DNA of 64,000 nt from Tubiluchus corallicola (lineage: Eukaryota > Animalia > Priapulida). Location of the stretch: the NCBI GenBank assembly GCA_030141605.1, contig JAQGDQ010000730.1, positions 1 through 64,000 on the forward strand, read 5' to 3'. This document shows positions 40,557 to 52,784 of this stretch, piece after piece (position 1 is the first letter of the stretch; the number at the start of each line of letters is the position of its first letter). The translations under genes were made by a program, and so were the position numbers. The notes under the pieces are model-generated. The model saw only the letters and a list, made by a program, of their open reading frames with translations, ran no database searches and was not told the DNA's origin.

Positions 40557-41042
40557 AGGAAAGGAAAGTATCTTTAACTCGCGGAAATTCGGGTTTATTT
40601 CAATGTTTAAAAAAATGTTGGAAAGATTTAGTAATAAAAATGTGATAATTATGTATAATTAGTAATATCACTTTACAGTCGAAATAATTTCACGCGTAGG
40701 TGCTCCCATTTTGAACGCCCATTCTTCCACCAATGACGTCATTCACCGACTGAAGAAAAGCAAAGTACTGCCAATTTCCATCAAATGTATCATAAGATTT
40801 TACAAAAAATTAGATAGACAATTTGCGATATTTTTGCATGAATATTAGGTAAGCTGCAAAAGTGCCAATTAATTTGAACAGCGCACGCTTACGGAAAGTC
40901 ACGATACGCTTACGGAAAGTCCCGAAGTCTACAAGTTTCGTCATAATCTTCAAGTGAATGGCGACTACTACAGCACCTGAAAAGTAGGCAGTTCTTTGCA
41001 ATTTAAAATAAACCCAACATATTAAGCGACTTATCATTTCTT
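40557..41042. mobile_element. TTAA-flanked non-autonomous DNA element (Kolobok-like)
   Basis: TTAA-AGGAAAGG ... TTTCTT-TTAA; inverted homology to 15420-15670. Confidence 0.5.
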
Positions 41043-41056
41043 TTAAGCAAACATAT

Positions 41057-41280
41057 TGTAACGTCTCCGGGTTCCATTCCAGTCGGCAATTTCGGATCCC
41101 ACTTCTGACACCAGTGTAACGGATCCGGGTTCCCGCGCGGATCCGTCTCAGGATGTATAGAGCGGCATACAAGTTATGAAATACTTTACAGCAGACGAGA
41201 AAAGTAAAAAGAATACGAATGTAAAATAAACTTTAATGCACAACCAGTAGCTCCATGACATGTGAACAGACTTTGTTACA
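41057..41280 (-). mobile_element. LTR retrotransposon remnant with tRNA-Leu-type primer-binding site
   Basis: - strand: ...CCCGGATCCGTTACA (LTR end) c TGGTGTCAGAAGTGGGAT (PBS, 41096-41113), then a second LTR-end copy GGAACCCGGAGACGTTACA. Confidence 0.65.
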
Positions 41281-41940
41281 GTAGCTCCATGACATGTGAA
41301 CAGACTTTGGTATAAAAATCAGCAAACCTACAGCATTCACCCTTACAGACAGAAAGGCCACGTTGGAATCGTCAAATTACGACATGCGTTCTGTTTTATA
41401 CAGGTACATTTGCATTACTGGGCTTCTCAACCATACCCATTACTAACATTAGGGGGTTGGTCATAATCTGCCTTCGTAACAATATTTTACACTTATGGCA
41501 ACAAAAAAGATAAGATAAACAAAAAATTAAAGAAATTCTGAAATGATTAACAATATCAAGATATGAATTTATGCGTGATGATGAAAAGGCCATTCTAGCA
41601 AAGAAACTGGATGTGTAAAATAATGTATTTGAAAGTATTACCCTAAAATAGACACTTTGTTAATAATTTACTAACACTAGAGGGCGTTAAGGAAAGTGAG
41701 TAAATTTTGGCTTGATGGGCAGGAGGTTTGTATGTTGGAGAAGGATTTTGCAAACTAGTTTCTTCTTAATATAAAAAACTGGTGAGTTTATGAATTATTA
41801 TTATTATTATAATTCTTTATTTTTAAAAACTATGTACAGAATACATTCCCTCTATTTGTAGGGATATGTTTAAAATTTCTAAAAGTATTTACAACGTATT
41901 AAACATATTCTAATATATATTCTAAACGCTAATGATCTAC

Positions 41941-41989
41941 GTGTTTTGTGACGGCAACGACGACTGTGGCACAGACGAAGAAAACTGCC
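41941..41989 (+). pseudogene. Partial LDLa exon (3' half only)
   Basis: VFCDGNDDCGTDEENC |gtatg; in-frame TAA at 41923 and no clean acceptor. Confidence 0.55.
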
Positions 41990-42200
41990 GTATGAATAAC
42001 TTTTTAACTATCTTTTTAACTATCTAATAAATTTAAAATTAAATAGTTTAACTCACAAAAATAGGAAAAAGAAGATGATATGCTTACATCAGGACCAAAA
42101 TCGATGGACCTGCAATGAATTTAATTTTTTATTAATTTTTATCTTTATAATTGCATTTTTGCACTTCGTAAATGCGACATAAGTTCTCTTTTATGTTATT

Positions 42201-42674
42201 GGGCGTTCAGACGAGAGAGTTCTCTCACCAGTTCTTGCGAGCGTTCTCTCTGAGAGTGAGCACGCAAGTGTGAACGACTTTACGAGTTCTCTTGACAAGT
42301 TATTGCACACTTTCCGAGAGTTGTCTCTGAGAGTGAGCACGCATGTGTGAACGACTTTACGAGTTCTCTCGACAAGTTATTGCAGAATAACCGTTAGCTG
42401 CTGAGAGTTCTTGCGCAATAATATGCGAGAGAACTCGTAAGGTCGTTCACACTTGACACTTTACTCTGAGAGACAACTCTCGGAGAATTTGCAATAACTT
42501 GTCGAGAGAACTCGTAAAGTCGTTCACACTTGACAGTTTACTCTCAGAGACAACTCTCGGAGAATTTGCATTAACTTGTAGAGAGAACTCGTAAAATCGT
42601 TCACACTTGCGAGTTCAGTCTCAGAGAGAACTTTCGCAAGAACTGACGAGAGAACTCTCTAATCTTAACACGCC
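42201..42674. mobile_element. Foldback/palindromic MITE
   Basis: Arms GGGCGTTCAGACGAGAGAGTTCTCTC... and ...GAGAGAACTCTCTAATCTTAACACGCC; internal ~78-bp subrepeats in opposite orientation on each arm. Confidence 0.75.
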
Positions 42675-42760
42675 ATTATATATATATATATTGCAATTGC
42701 AAGACTAGGCGCCTGTTATTTCATGAATATATTTGCAATAATTAAAGTTGCTGTTCATAG

Positions 42761-42880
42761 ATTTACACACTGAAGCAGAAGGATTCAGGAAATGTTCAGA
42801 CGGTGTTAATCATTACCCAACTTCCTCGCTGTGTGACGGAACGGAACTTTGCTCAGATGGAACAGATGAACTTCTCTGCA
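42761..42880 (+). CDS. LDL-receptor class A domain exon (4-Cys variant)
   Basis: tcatag| LHTEAEGFRKCSDGVNHYPTSSLCDGTELCSDGTDELLC |gtaatt; phase 1-1, 120 nt. Confidence 0.75.
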
Positions 42881-42912
42881 GTAATTTTTCATCTTATTAT
42901 ATTCATCTATCA

Positions 42913-43394
42913 CAGGGTCGTGCAAATTATCTGACTAGCCGAGCCACATTAAACTTTCCCGCAATTCCTGCGAGCCACAGGCAGTTTGATCAAGGAGCCA
43001 AGTACAGAAAGGCCTAATAATGATTTTTTTGCATCCGACCTGCTTACATCATTACTACTACACTCAAGAAACTATTTTAGAAGTTATTAAAATTTATATT
43101 ACAAACCATATATTTCTACTATCAGGACAGATAGTGGTAATTTCATTACAATGCATATTAGTAATGTGTATCACACAGTCTGTGTAGTACAGTGACATTA
43201 AGCTACAACCATCTTGTAAGGGTTAATGGCATCCGATCTAGCAGGAAAAACTACCCACACTATCTTTGGGATCGTGGCACGAACTTCAGCTGGATGCACT
43301 CAATTAATCGCCCGGGCCGCATTTTCATTAGGTTGACAAATCTTTTCGCGGGCCGCACAAATTCTCTGAGCGGGTCGCAATTTCCACACCCCTG
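42913..43394 (+). mobile_element. hAT-like MITE
   Basis: CAGGGTCGTGCAA ... TTCCACACCCCTG; 8-bp TSD atctatca/ttctatca; second copy at 63689-64000. Confidence 0.8.
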
Positions 43395-43899
43395 TTCTAT
43401 CATTTATGTAAACAATATAATTATTTATAATCTTAATATCAAGATTATTTTTATAAAAACCACAATTAATTGAATTTCGAAACTAATTTTAGAAAAGTAT
43501 CAAATTGGGAATAATTAGTTTATAAAGTTAATTAATCGAACACAGCTATTGCTTACGTCAGAAACTAACCACAGTTTGTGCAATGGCAGGCATCTTCCCT
43601 TGAGCGCCAAGCACATTTGCATAGGTCTTACAGTACTGTTTAAACGCGTGATGTCACGAAAAATGGGCTCTACGTCATATGACGTCAGAAACTAACACAA
43701 CCTTTCATGATCATGCTTATCACGGTACCGCCTTCTATTTGTCGCCCACGCGAATGTGACAAAAAGGCGCCGTTGCCAATCTTAGTAAATTCACTATGCC
43801 GCGTGTAGCTTTGATTTATAAAAGCTATTGTAGTTTTCAATATTTTAGAGCATTCTTTATTCTGAACTAATGTTTACACAATCATCCAGTTTTCCTTTA

Positions 43900-44585
43900 A
43901 GCTTTATTATACAATAACTAAGTAATTTTCAATTATTCATACCTAAGTAAACAAACAACATTGTAGTAACATCAGTACTGGAGGCTGATTATTTGCAATA
44001 CCATAGTTAATACTAGCATAATTATTATAAAACAATCAATTTTCTACTACTTAGGCTTTTGTTTACACTCACTTTGGCATGACATAAATGATGAATTAAA
44101 AACTGTTCAGCCAATTCAAAAACTTAGAAAGAAATACTGAGCAATGATTCTCAACAAGTACAACACTTCCTAATTTCCCACACCTACTGCAGCAGTCATA
44201 CCACAATCCTGGTACAGATTATGCAAAACAAGGCATCATTGATAAATCTTTAGAGCTGGTGTCAACATAGCACAATCTATTATCTTTCTTCCTACCATTT
44301 CCACTAACACATCCTTCTACCCTTCCTGTGTGATCTAAACTTTCTCCCAGTTCTTTTTTCGTTCACTCATCCATTCTTTTTTTATCGGGTTCACATAACA
44401 GTGGGCTTATACAAGCCTTTGCTTCTCTAGCCCACTGCAGTACAATTATTCTTTTATGATAACGATAGTGTATGAAACATAACAATTTAATACAGTATGA
44501 TGTAATAATTTTGATATCACTGTGTGCTTAATGTCACAATATTGTACTGAATGTGATAATAATAATAAATCAAAAAAATAAAATA
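43900..44585 (+). mobile_element. LINE (CR1/L2-group-like) ORF2 end plus 3' UTR (family A)
   Basis: Degenerate LWHDINDELK...LRKKY*AMILNKY, the family-A 3' UTR with its stem-loop, and an A-rich tail. Confidence 0.7.
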
Positions 44586-44602
44586 GATGCCGTTCCTTTT
44601 AG

Positions 44603-44716
44603 GGAGTTGTCCAGAGGGATATAGTAAATGTGCTGACGGTTTAGGTTGCTATCTGGACTCAGCTAAATGTGATGAAAAACCCGATTGCAGTGATGAAAGT
44701 GATGAAGACGAATGCG
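44603..44716 (+). CDS. LDL-receptor class A domain exon
   Basis: ttttag| SCPEGYSKCADGLGCYLDSAKCDEKPDCSDESDEDEC |gtaag; 6 Cys, SDE motif, phase 1-1. Confidence 0.85.
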
Positions 44717-45242
44717 GTAAGATGTCTCATTACATCAGCAAAAGATAGTCGTTGTTTCTGTCACGTGATTCAAACAATGATTACTACAGCGAGTAATACG
44801 GCTGCTTGAAGCGCAAGAAAACTCTCCACTAACATAAAGCTTAGAAAATTAGTCTTGAAATTTGATACCACTTACATACTGCCCTTTTCCAATCAGAACT
44901 TGTGTCAGAAATTTTTACGAACCCCGTACATTATTTCACAAGCTGACCGCTAGCTGGCAGGCCGTCACTTTGTTTACATCACGTACATCAGTGTAACCAC
45001 GTGTATATCTCTTTGTATAAAAATATAGAATCAATTGTGCAGACCTATTTGAGTCAATTGCAGACAGTTTTTATATACTTTTGCATAGGAGTGGCCAGTA
45101 CTTAGGTGTTTTTGAGACAATTAGGTATCATGTATCCTTGATAGTTGGATATTTTAAATTATGCATGAAACAAGGTAACTGATATTTTAAGTCCACTTAG
45201 AGGTTCTCTATGGCCTACCAAACCCATTTTCTTCTACTTCAG

Positions 45243-45365
45243 GCAATAAATGTCCTGTTGGATATTTCAAATGTCTTCTGAGTCGTGAATGTGTTGAAAA
45301 AGTGAAACGTTGCAACGAGGAAAGAGACTGCCGTGATGCAACCGACGAAGCATTTTGTACGACTG
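45243..45365 (+). CDS. LDL-receptor class A domain exon
   Basis: cttcag| NKCPVGYFKCLLSRECVEKVKRCNEERDCRDATDEAFCTT |gtaat; phase 1-1. Confidence 0.85.
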
Positions 45366-45480
45366 GTAATAATTAGGATGCTAAAATATGTAAAAATGTT
45401 TCGTTATTTTGCACTGTGAGTGTCAGCCTAGTACGTGTTTCTCAAAATAAACCTTACTGCTGGTTGTACCAACTTAATTA

Positions 45481-45909
45481 TTGTTTTTTATTATTATTAT
45501 TATAATCACATTCAGTACAATATAAAGCACACGGTGACATCAAAATTATTACATCTACTGTATTAAATTCTTATGTTTCATACACTATCGTTATCATAAA
45601 AGAATAATTGTACTGCAGTGGGCTAGAGAAGCAAAGGCTTGAATACGCCCCACTGTCATGTGAACCAGATAAAAAAAGAATGGATGAGTGAACAAAAAAA
45701 AGAACTGGGAGAAAGGTTAGATCACACAGGAAGTGTAGAAGGATGTGTTAGTGGAAATGGTAGGAAGAAAGATAATAGATTGTGCTATGTTGACATCAGC
45801 TCTAAAGATGTATCAATGATGCCTTGTTTTGCATAATCTGTACTAGGATTGTGGTATGACTGCTGCAGTAGGTGTGGGATATTGGGAAGTTGTTGTACTT
45901 GTTGAGAAT
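45481..45909 (-). mobile_element. LINE 3' end (family A), inverted
   Basis: Reverse complement of 44146-44580. Confidence 0.8.
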
Positions 45910-46103
45910 GAAACTTTTATTTATTTTCGTATTAAAACCAGTAAGATAAACAGTAAAACGTATGGTCACGCAAGTACAAAAAACTAATAAATCAATAATC
46001 GTTCAAATTTATTTTCATAGAAAAATTTTGATAAGTCGATTTTTATTATTATTTTGCCAAAAATTTGGCTACAGTAATTGATTTCTTCGTGTCCAAAAAA
46101 ACT

Positions 46104-46612
46104 TTACAAAACATGCATCAACTGATTTGGGAGTGTCCTGCTGATTTTCCGCTTCTGCTGTTTCCGGTCTAACAGAATTGTAATACCAACTATGATGCCT
46201 GGTATGATTTTGGATGCAGATAACTTTGACAAGTCTGGAGTTTTATCTGTAGTTATTTCTGTCGTAATCGTCGTTGCTGTTGTTGTAACTGTGGCAACTG
46301 TCGTCGTTGCTGTTGTTGTAACTGTGGCAACTGTCGTCGTTGCTGTTGTTGTAACTGTGGTAACTGTCGTCGTTGCTGTTGTAACTGTGGCAACTGTCGT
46401 CGTTGCTGTTGTAACTGTGGCAACTATCGTCGTTGCTGTTGTAACTGTGGCAACTGTCGTCGTTGCTGTTGTTGTCACATCACACTCAAAATCTCCAAGT
46501 TTAGCATCTTTAACCTTTGTTGGACAAGCATAGTTAACCCTGGTACGATTGTTATTGGACCATGGTGGCGAAACGATCCAGATTAAACTGCAGTCACATC
46601 TTATTTGTTCTC
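46104..46612 (-). CDS. LRR C-terminal cap + Thr-rich mucin-like stalk + short hydrophobic segment (terminal exon)
   Basis: ttttag| EQIRCDCSLIWIV...YACPTK...DFEC (CxC...C...C LRRCT pattern), then (TTATTTVATV)n, then IIPGIIVGITILL and a basic tail to the stop. Confidence 0.65.
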
Positions 46613-46901
46613 CTAAAAATTAAAAATACATTCTGAAGTCGAAACTACTTTCAGTTGGTCAGCCACCAATAAATGTCATTAAACTGCAGAAAACTAAAAA
46701 CATAAAATCTTCGGGTTACAGCACAAGTGCTGGATTATTTTTTCCATTTTGAAATATACATATATATATATATATCCTTTTACATAGAATGTGTATTGTA
46801 CATAGAGCAAATCATTCGCCATTGAATGCAGGCAAAACTATTTGTTCATTATCTAAAACAGAGATAGTTAGTCACAATTTCTGGTGGGTGGGTGGGTGGT
46901 T

Positions 46902-46903
<2 letters not shown>

Positions 46904-46994
<91 letters not shown>

Positions 46995-47020
46995 CGCGCG
47001 TGCGTGCGTGCGTGCGTGTG
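46904..47020. repeat. (GT)n-(GC)n alternating purine-pyrimidine tract
   Basis: ~40 GT followed by ~7 GC and GTGC repeats. Confidence 0.95.
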
Positions 47021-47839
47021 TTTAGAAAATTGTTTACATGAGCCTAGTAGTTTAGAAAATTTACGCACAAGCAGCTAGGGGGTCTGGGGGAGTGGTGGTG
47101 TCCCCTAGTGGGGTCACGAGCAGAGCCCCGGGTACCAATGTATTTTCCTGTTTTTAAGCACATTTTGGAGGCCGAAAATGAGATCTAAATTCTGGAACAC
47201 GGACTTTCTCAAGCGTCAAAAATTATGTTTTAATAAATTCATTTTATCTACATTTACCTAGGTAATATTCATTGTATTTTATTGTACTACTCATATATGT
47301 TAAAAGCAAGTTAGTAATACACTGTAATGCGGATCTCTCATTATGTATGAACAGGGGGTGGGCTGCAAACTTAACAGTCTTTTAGTCTTATGTTTGACTA
47401 TCCACATTTTGCTGTGTAGATGTTACAGTGAGCTAAAAGTGAGACAATGCTGGACAGTGTCCAGACAACCGAAATCAATAAAGAATAAGAATAAGAATCC
47501 TTCTATTTCGCACACATGGACAGTATTGGTATTACATCAAGATACAAAGATAAAAGAAGCGACACTATGTAAGTGACATAAATAAACATAACTTCTCTAT
47601 GCAGATCAGCTTTTTGCTTGGGGGTTACACAGACAAAAAAGAGGTTCATGTGTTTCATGGTTTACTGCTAAAGAATTTTATTTAGCATAAAAAAAATTTC
47701 ACAAGAAATTTTGTGGACACATGTGCGTCAGTGCGCCCCCCCCCCGCCAGAGCCTGTGCATTAACACAATAAATTTTAATTCTTTTAAGGAAATTGTAAC
47801 TATAACAGAAAGGTAATGTTGGTAATTCATGCACAGTGG

Positions 47840-48045
47840 GCCTGATTTGCAAACATGCTTCGATAATCTGACGTACACTGCCCTTGACGCGTGGCCATTC
47901 ATATTCTTGCATTACTCTAGCTGTTAATGCCTCAGTGACCAGCCGTAGGTTTGTCATGGGTTAAAGCTAGGACTTGCTTCCTACGAGAACGTGGAAGAAC
48001 CACCAACTCTTTCTTGTCCTTGCACAGGTAATAAAGTACACCTGC
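47840..48045 (-). mobile_element. Gypsy-type integrase zinc-binding (HHCC) fragment, degenerate
   Basis: GVLYY...LVVLPRSRRKQVLALTHDKPTAGH*G, then after a frameshift RVMQEYEWPRVKGSVRQIIEAC. Confidence 0.7.
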
Positions 48046-48648
48046 ATGAAAGATATGACCTGATCTGGCTTCTTTAGCCTGTTTAATTGAGACAGCGTTA
48101 TTCAACAGGTTTCGTTGACTCGCATCTTGCAGCGGTTCCCGCTTAAAGCTCTTTCATACTCGCTTTCAACAACTGCGCATGCGTTTCAGGGGATGAGTGC
48201 CTGACCATTAATCAACTCTCACTTTCCACAAATGTTCCTTTTCAAGTTGTGTTGCCTTGGAACAAGTTATATTACACGCACATGCACACGCACACACAAA
48301 CACACATGCATGCACACACGCATACACACACACAATTTGTAATCGCTGCTCTTTAAATTGGAATAAAGACATAATTCCAATCATTTTCTCTTTTATTTAT
48401 GGTTATAACACTTCCCATATCATTTCCGTTCGTCACTAAAACAAAACAAAAGGAACTGTTGTTTAACATTCTTTTTATTAGCACAATAAATTGTCATTTA
48501 CACAATTTAATAAATTTGTATAAGCTTCAATAACTGGTTCCTTTGGCTGAACGTGCTTGAGTTTCGAAAAATCTAAACTTCAAAATTTGCATGAAGATAA
48601 AATTGTCTCTTCAATTTTTGCTTTTTAACAAAATTGGTAACTGTCAAC

Positions 48649-49024
48649 TAGGGGTGAGCATTCTCTACCAGAACGCGAATTCGAATCGAACCGAATTTCA
48701 GTGTTTCGAATTCGAACCGAATTCGAATTGAGATTGAACGATTTTCGAACTAGTTTTCGAACCACCAGTAAAAATTAGTCTTAGAAAGGTCACGGATATC
48801 ACTAGATTTTGTTCTGCAATAAAACGACTAGTAATTGGCTTAAAGTTGTGCACAGAAATAACAAATAAATTATGTTAATTGCATGATGTGTCAATCGTTT
48901 TAATGATCAGGAACATATGTGATTGAAGTGCTGAATTATTCGAATCTATAGTTTTGGATTCGAATCGTGTTCGAACTAAAAAACCTCGTTCGAATCGAAT
49001 TCGAGCGTTCGATGCTCACCCCTA
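48649..49024. mobile_element. hAT-like MITE
   Basis: TAGGGGTGAGCAT ... ATGCTCACCCCTA; TSD ctgtcaac/ctgtaaac; subterminal TTCGAA repeats. Confidence 0.85.
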
Positions 49025-50308
49025 CTGTAAACGGTAACTGACACAGTCGAAGACTGATGTATTGCTACATAAGCCTTTTTACATTTACATTTAACCTTAC
49101 AGAGAGCATATTATTGATAACAATTACTCCCAAACCGACTCTGTGGTACTAGGCTAGCTCAACATGACTTCAATGTTTGCATTGTTTTCGCTCTATTATT
49201 TCACTTATTCTCTATTATAACCCACTGCTGAACGAAGCTCGAGTGCTAACTGAGCCGTTTTGTTAACTAACAGTCTTTTGTGCAAAGACGCTAATGCTAC
49301 TCAACGAGCTGCTTTGTTAACTGTTCCTGCCTGCCTCCTGAATAGATTACATGCAAACAAATTAACTACATCCTGACTTTCAGGTAAACACATACTCATG
49401 CTCATACTGTTCGCATTTATGGAGCGCTGGCCGCGTGTCAAAAAGTTGGAAATAAATTTGCTTACCGGCCTCATTACGAGCCGCTGACACCCTTCAAATT
49501 TTTGACATTTTCTAAAAAAAATTGGGGGGGCCCAGGCCCCCCCCCGGGCCCCTATGGCACCACGCCACTGACAATTATGAAATGCAATTACTGTTTTAGG
49601 TTCTGTCTAGATAAAATATTAAAGTTCATATCAGGCACCTAAATTGTGATAAAACATTAGGACAAATTTTACAGCTCAACGTGCAGATTTTATATAAGTA
49701 AGGAAGAGTAATACTAATAAATTAAAAATATTAAAAGATACAAAACATAATAACGAATAATTATGACATTTTAGATAATGATAGAACAACAACAACTACT
49801 ACTACTGTAGAAGCATTAGGAATACGGGGATCAACAATAAAAATTATAAGAGAAATAATAATTTTGAAACTTGAATTGATTTTCAAATTTGTTTCTTGGA
49901 CTAATGCAGAAATCACCTGCTGCAAATATAAAATCATGCTTAATGTAAGATTTGAAAAACATATGAAGTTTAATCCCATTGTAATCACTGATACCAACAA
50001 TTTGGTTTTGGCAAATAAAGCAGACATTATAGTCGAAACTCTACATTACACTATGTCAGGAGTGTAGAGTTTCAACACTAGCTACAATAAACTTTACACG
50101 ATATTGTACCTTAATTATTGCCACTTTACTGCAATGGCTAATATTTACTTATCTGAAAGCATCAAAGCAAAAACCACATCAAATCTTGCTGCATAAAGAA
50201 AAACAGTTTATTAAAATAGCTGACACTATACCTAAAATCAACAGCCTGCTTTTACTGTATGTATGTATGGGAAAAATGTATCGTAAATTGTGTCTTTCTC
50301 GGTAAAAT

Positions 50309-50574
50309 CTACAATATTTTTTCCTTGTCAACGAAAGTTGGGTAATTTCCGAGTAAGCTTGAAACTGTTGCAAGAAAAGTTACAGAAAGCTTGTACCAAA
50401 ACGCATGTGGCGCTATTCGTAGCGTTGAATTGCAAAGATCTTTGTTGCAGTAGCACAGTACTGTTACATTTTTCCTTGTTCCACCGTGTTGCTCAATTGT
50501 CAGACATGAATCACTTTTGTGATCTGCAGCACAACCACGCCACACCTGGTTCGGGGTGAATTCGGGAGAACTAT
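50309..50574 (-). CDS. Ly6/uPAR (three-finger, quiver-like) protein exon 3
   Basis: tttcag| SSPEFTPNQVWRGC...SC...LCYCNKDLCN plus a hydrophobic C-terminal stretch; phase 1. Confidence 0.85.
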
Positions 50575-52784
50575 CTGAAAAAAGTGCTGGCACTTATAAT
50601 GCATAATTCAATTTTAATAACAATAATAGTGAAAATTTTAATTATTAATGAAAAGAACCCTAAATTTAAAAACAAAGAAATGTACGACGTTTCAAACTGG
50701 CAGTAGAGGTTATCTTCGTGCAAAGCAACACAAAAGAACTGGAAAGAGAAAAGGAGTAATCATTTTACTTGTCTACTTTGTTTGTTTGCTGTGCTTCTGT
50801 TCCTTTCATATTTAATAATATTGTTAATGGTTAATTGCAATAATTTTACGTGTTAATTATAAAAAATGTCCAAGAAAGGTAAATTTATTGACAGAATAGC
50901 AATCAATGTATGACATCCGTCACTTTGTCAAAATCACCCATTTGCCTGGTGTCGCTGGATTTGAAACCCACCCTCCCGCCACCCACTATTAAAATAAGAA
51001 TGTAATTTTTGTGTGAACTCTAGGTTTAAGTACTTTTAACATTGCAATGTTTTGTTCTGTAATGTGGAATTTTTATATAATGTACCACTGTACATTGTTG
51101 AAACTGCTTTACAAGGCGTTTGTATAATTTTTTAATGTATTGCAGCATTGCAAACAGTGCTTTATTATGTTTGTCATCATAGACGCAAGCAGTATTGTGA
51201 TTCGTGTAGTCACGTATTGGGTGGGGCAATATCTGGGTGTGCCCCACCTTTTTTGCCTGGCTATATTGAATGTATTGTCATGTCAACAAATGACCCCATT
51301 TTATAAACTAATTTCATTCTTGGTGCTTTTGCAAAAAACTAACCAGGTTTAGCCAATCTTACCTTTAGATCGGTTTTATGAACATTAGCTTATAAAAATT
51401 TGTATTAATAATTTCTCGTGATTTTTTTGTGTAAGTTTCCTTATGTTGTGCTCTAGGAACATCAGGAATGAAAAGTTTATTACAGCCAGTTGAACGATCA
51501 TGACAATTATAGATGGCATTTTTCAAAATAACGATAATAAATACTGTTCTCGACTCTCAAGTTCCTCCTGACGACTCCAAAAACCCTGTATTTGTATTTG
51601 TTTTTTGTCTTCCTTACTCCTTTCATAACATATTCCTTGCAAAATATTAAAACTATACGTATACAAAATTTCTCTCCATTAATACAAACTATTTTATGAT
51701 TATAATTACACTCCTACAAAAGTGAGAATATAATCATCTCTCAAAAAACTAAAACTATAAAATGTAAACCTACTCCGATGACCCTCTTTCTCCAAACTGT
51801 TTTTTAGCACCATCCTGTTCTTACTGACCTACCTTACTTTTCCTTTTTCACATTTATTACATAATTCTTTTCTCTCTATTACAAACTACATATATGAACA
51901 AATGCCACGTGCCACTAGCTGGTCGGCCGCTGCTTAGCGATATGCTTCAGTACAACCTAAAGACGTGAGCTCGCACTCAGCATAACCTTTTTGGTTATCA
52001 AATTTCCAGGATCAATTTTTACATTGGTTTTCATAAACAAAATAACGATAATAATTACTGCACAATTTCTTTTCGATTGAATGAATTGTTTTGTTTTGCT
52101 GAAAGTACATCCGTTCTTCCAAACATGGGCAAAGCCAAGTTTACATAATGTTGGGTCAATACATACAATACAATGTTACCCAATTATTGTGACCATTCAT
52201 ATAATTTTATTTCTTTATACATCAAGTGAGCATTTGCACTAAACTATCTTTGGGCGTCTCAAAAATATTCAACTAGAATTCCACCATTAATTTAATTATG
52301 AATATACAAAGTGGATGGACAGAAGAAAATCATTTTAATTACTCTAAATTTAAATTTATGTTGTATTGTCATCATACTTTTCTTAGTTTTGGATAGTGCT
52401 GCCACCTTCAGGTGTTCTTGTTAAAATTGTTAAAGCTTTCTCTTTACTGTTTAAATTTTCATTGGCTTCTACAGTGTTTATGAATGCATAATCTCTAAAC
52501 TTGTTTTCACACCTAAATGATTTCACCTGTAGTTCTGGTCACTTGGTTTTCTGCTTTTCAACATGACACTACTTCACTGTTTATGTAGACATTTCAGAAG
52601 AAAATCTTGAAACTAAATTTCAAGTTCTTTGGTTTCTTCAAACCACTGGGTACACAGCAAGCTCAGCTCTAACAGCAAGTTTTATTGACTTTAGAAAGAA
52701 CACCAAGCGTACGTTTACAAAATTTCAGTACGCTAAGCTCGGTTTTTGCCGTATTATAATCAGTTTCAAGTGTATTTCTCTTAA

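Noticed and set aside
43192-43473. Duplicated small protein (also 63652-63891)
   Set aside because: Both lie in copies of the same hAT-like MITE; GTG start, no domain
50680-50722. Hammerhead-ribozyme-like motif on the - strand (...GAAGA...GAAACGTCG)
   Set aside because: Core CUGANGA is not intact and the stems do not pair convincingly
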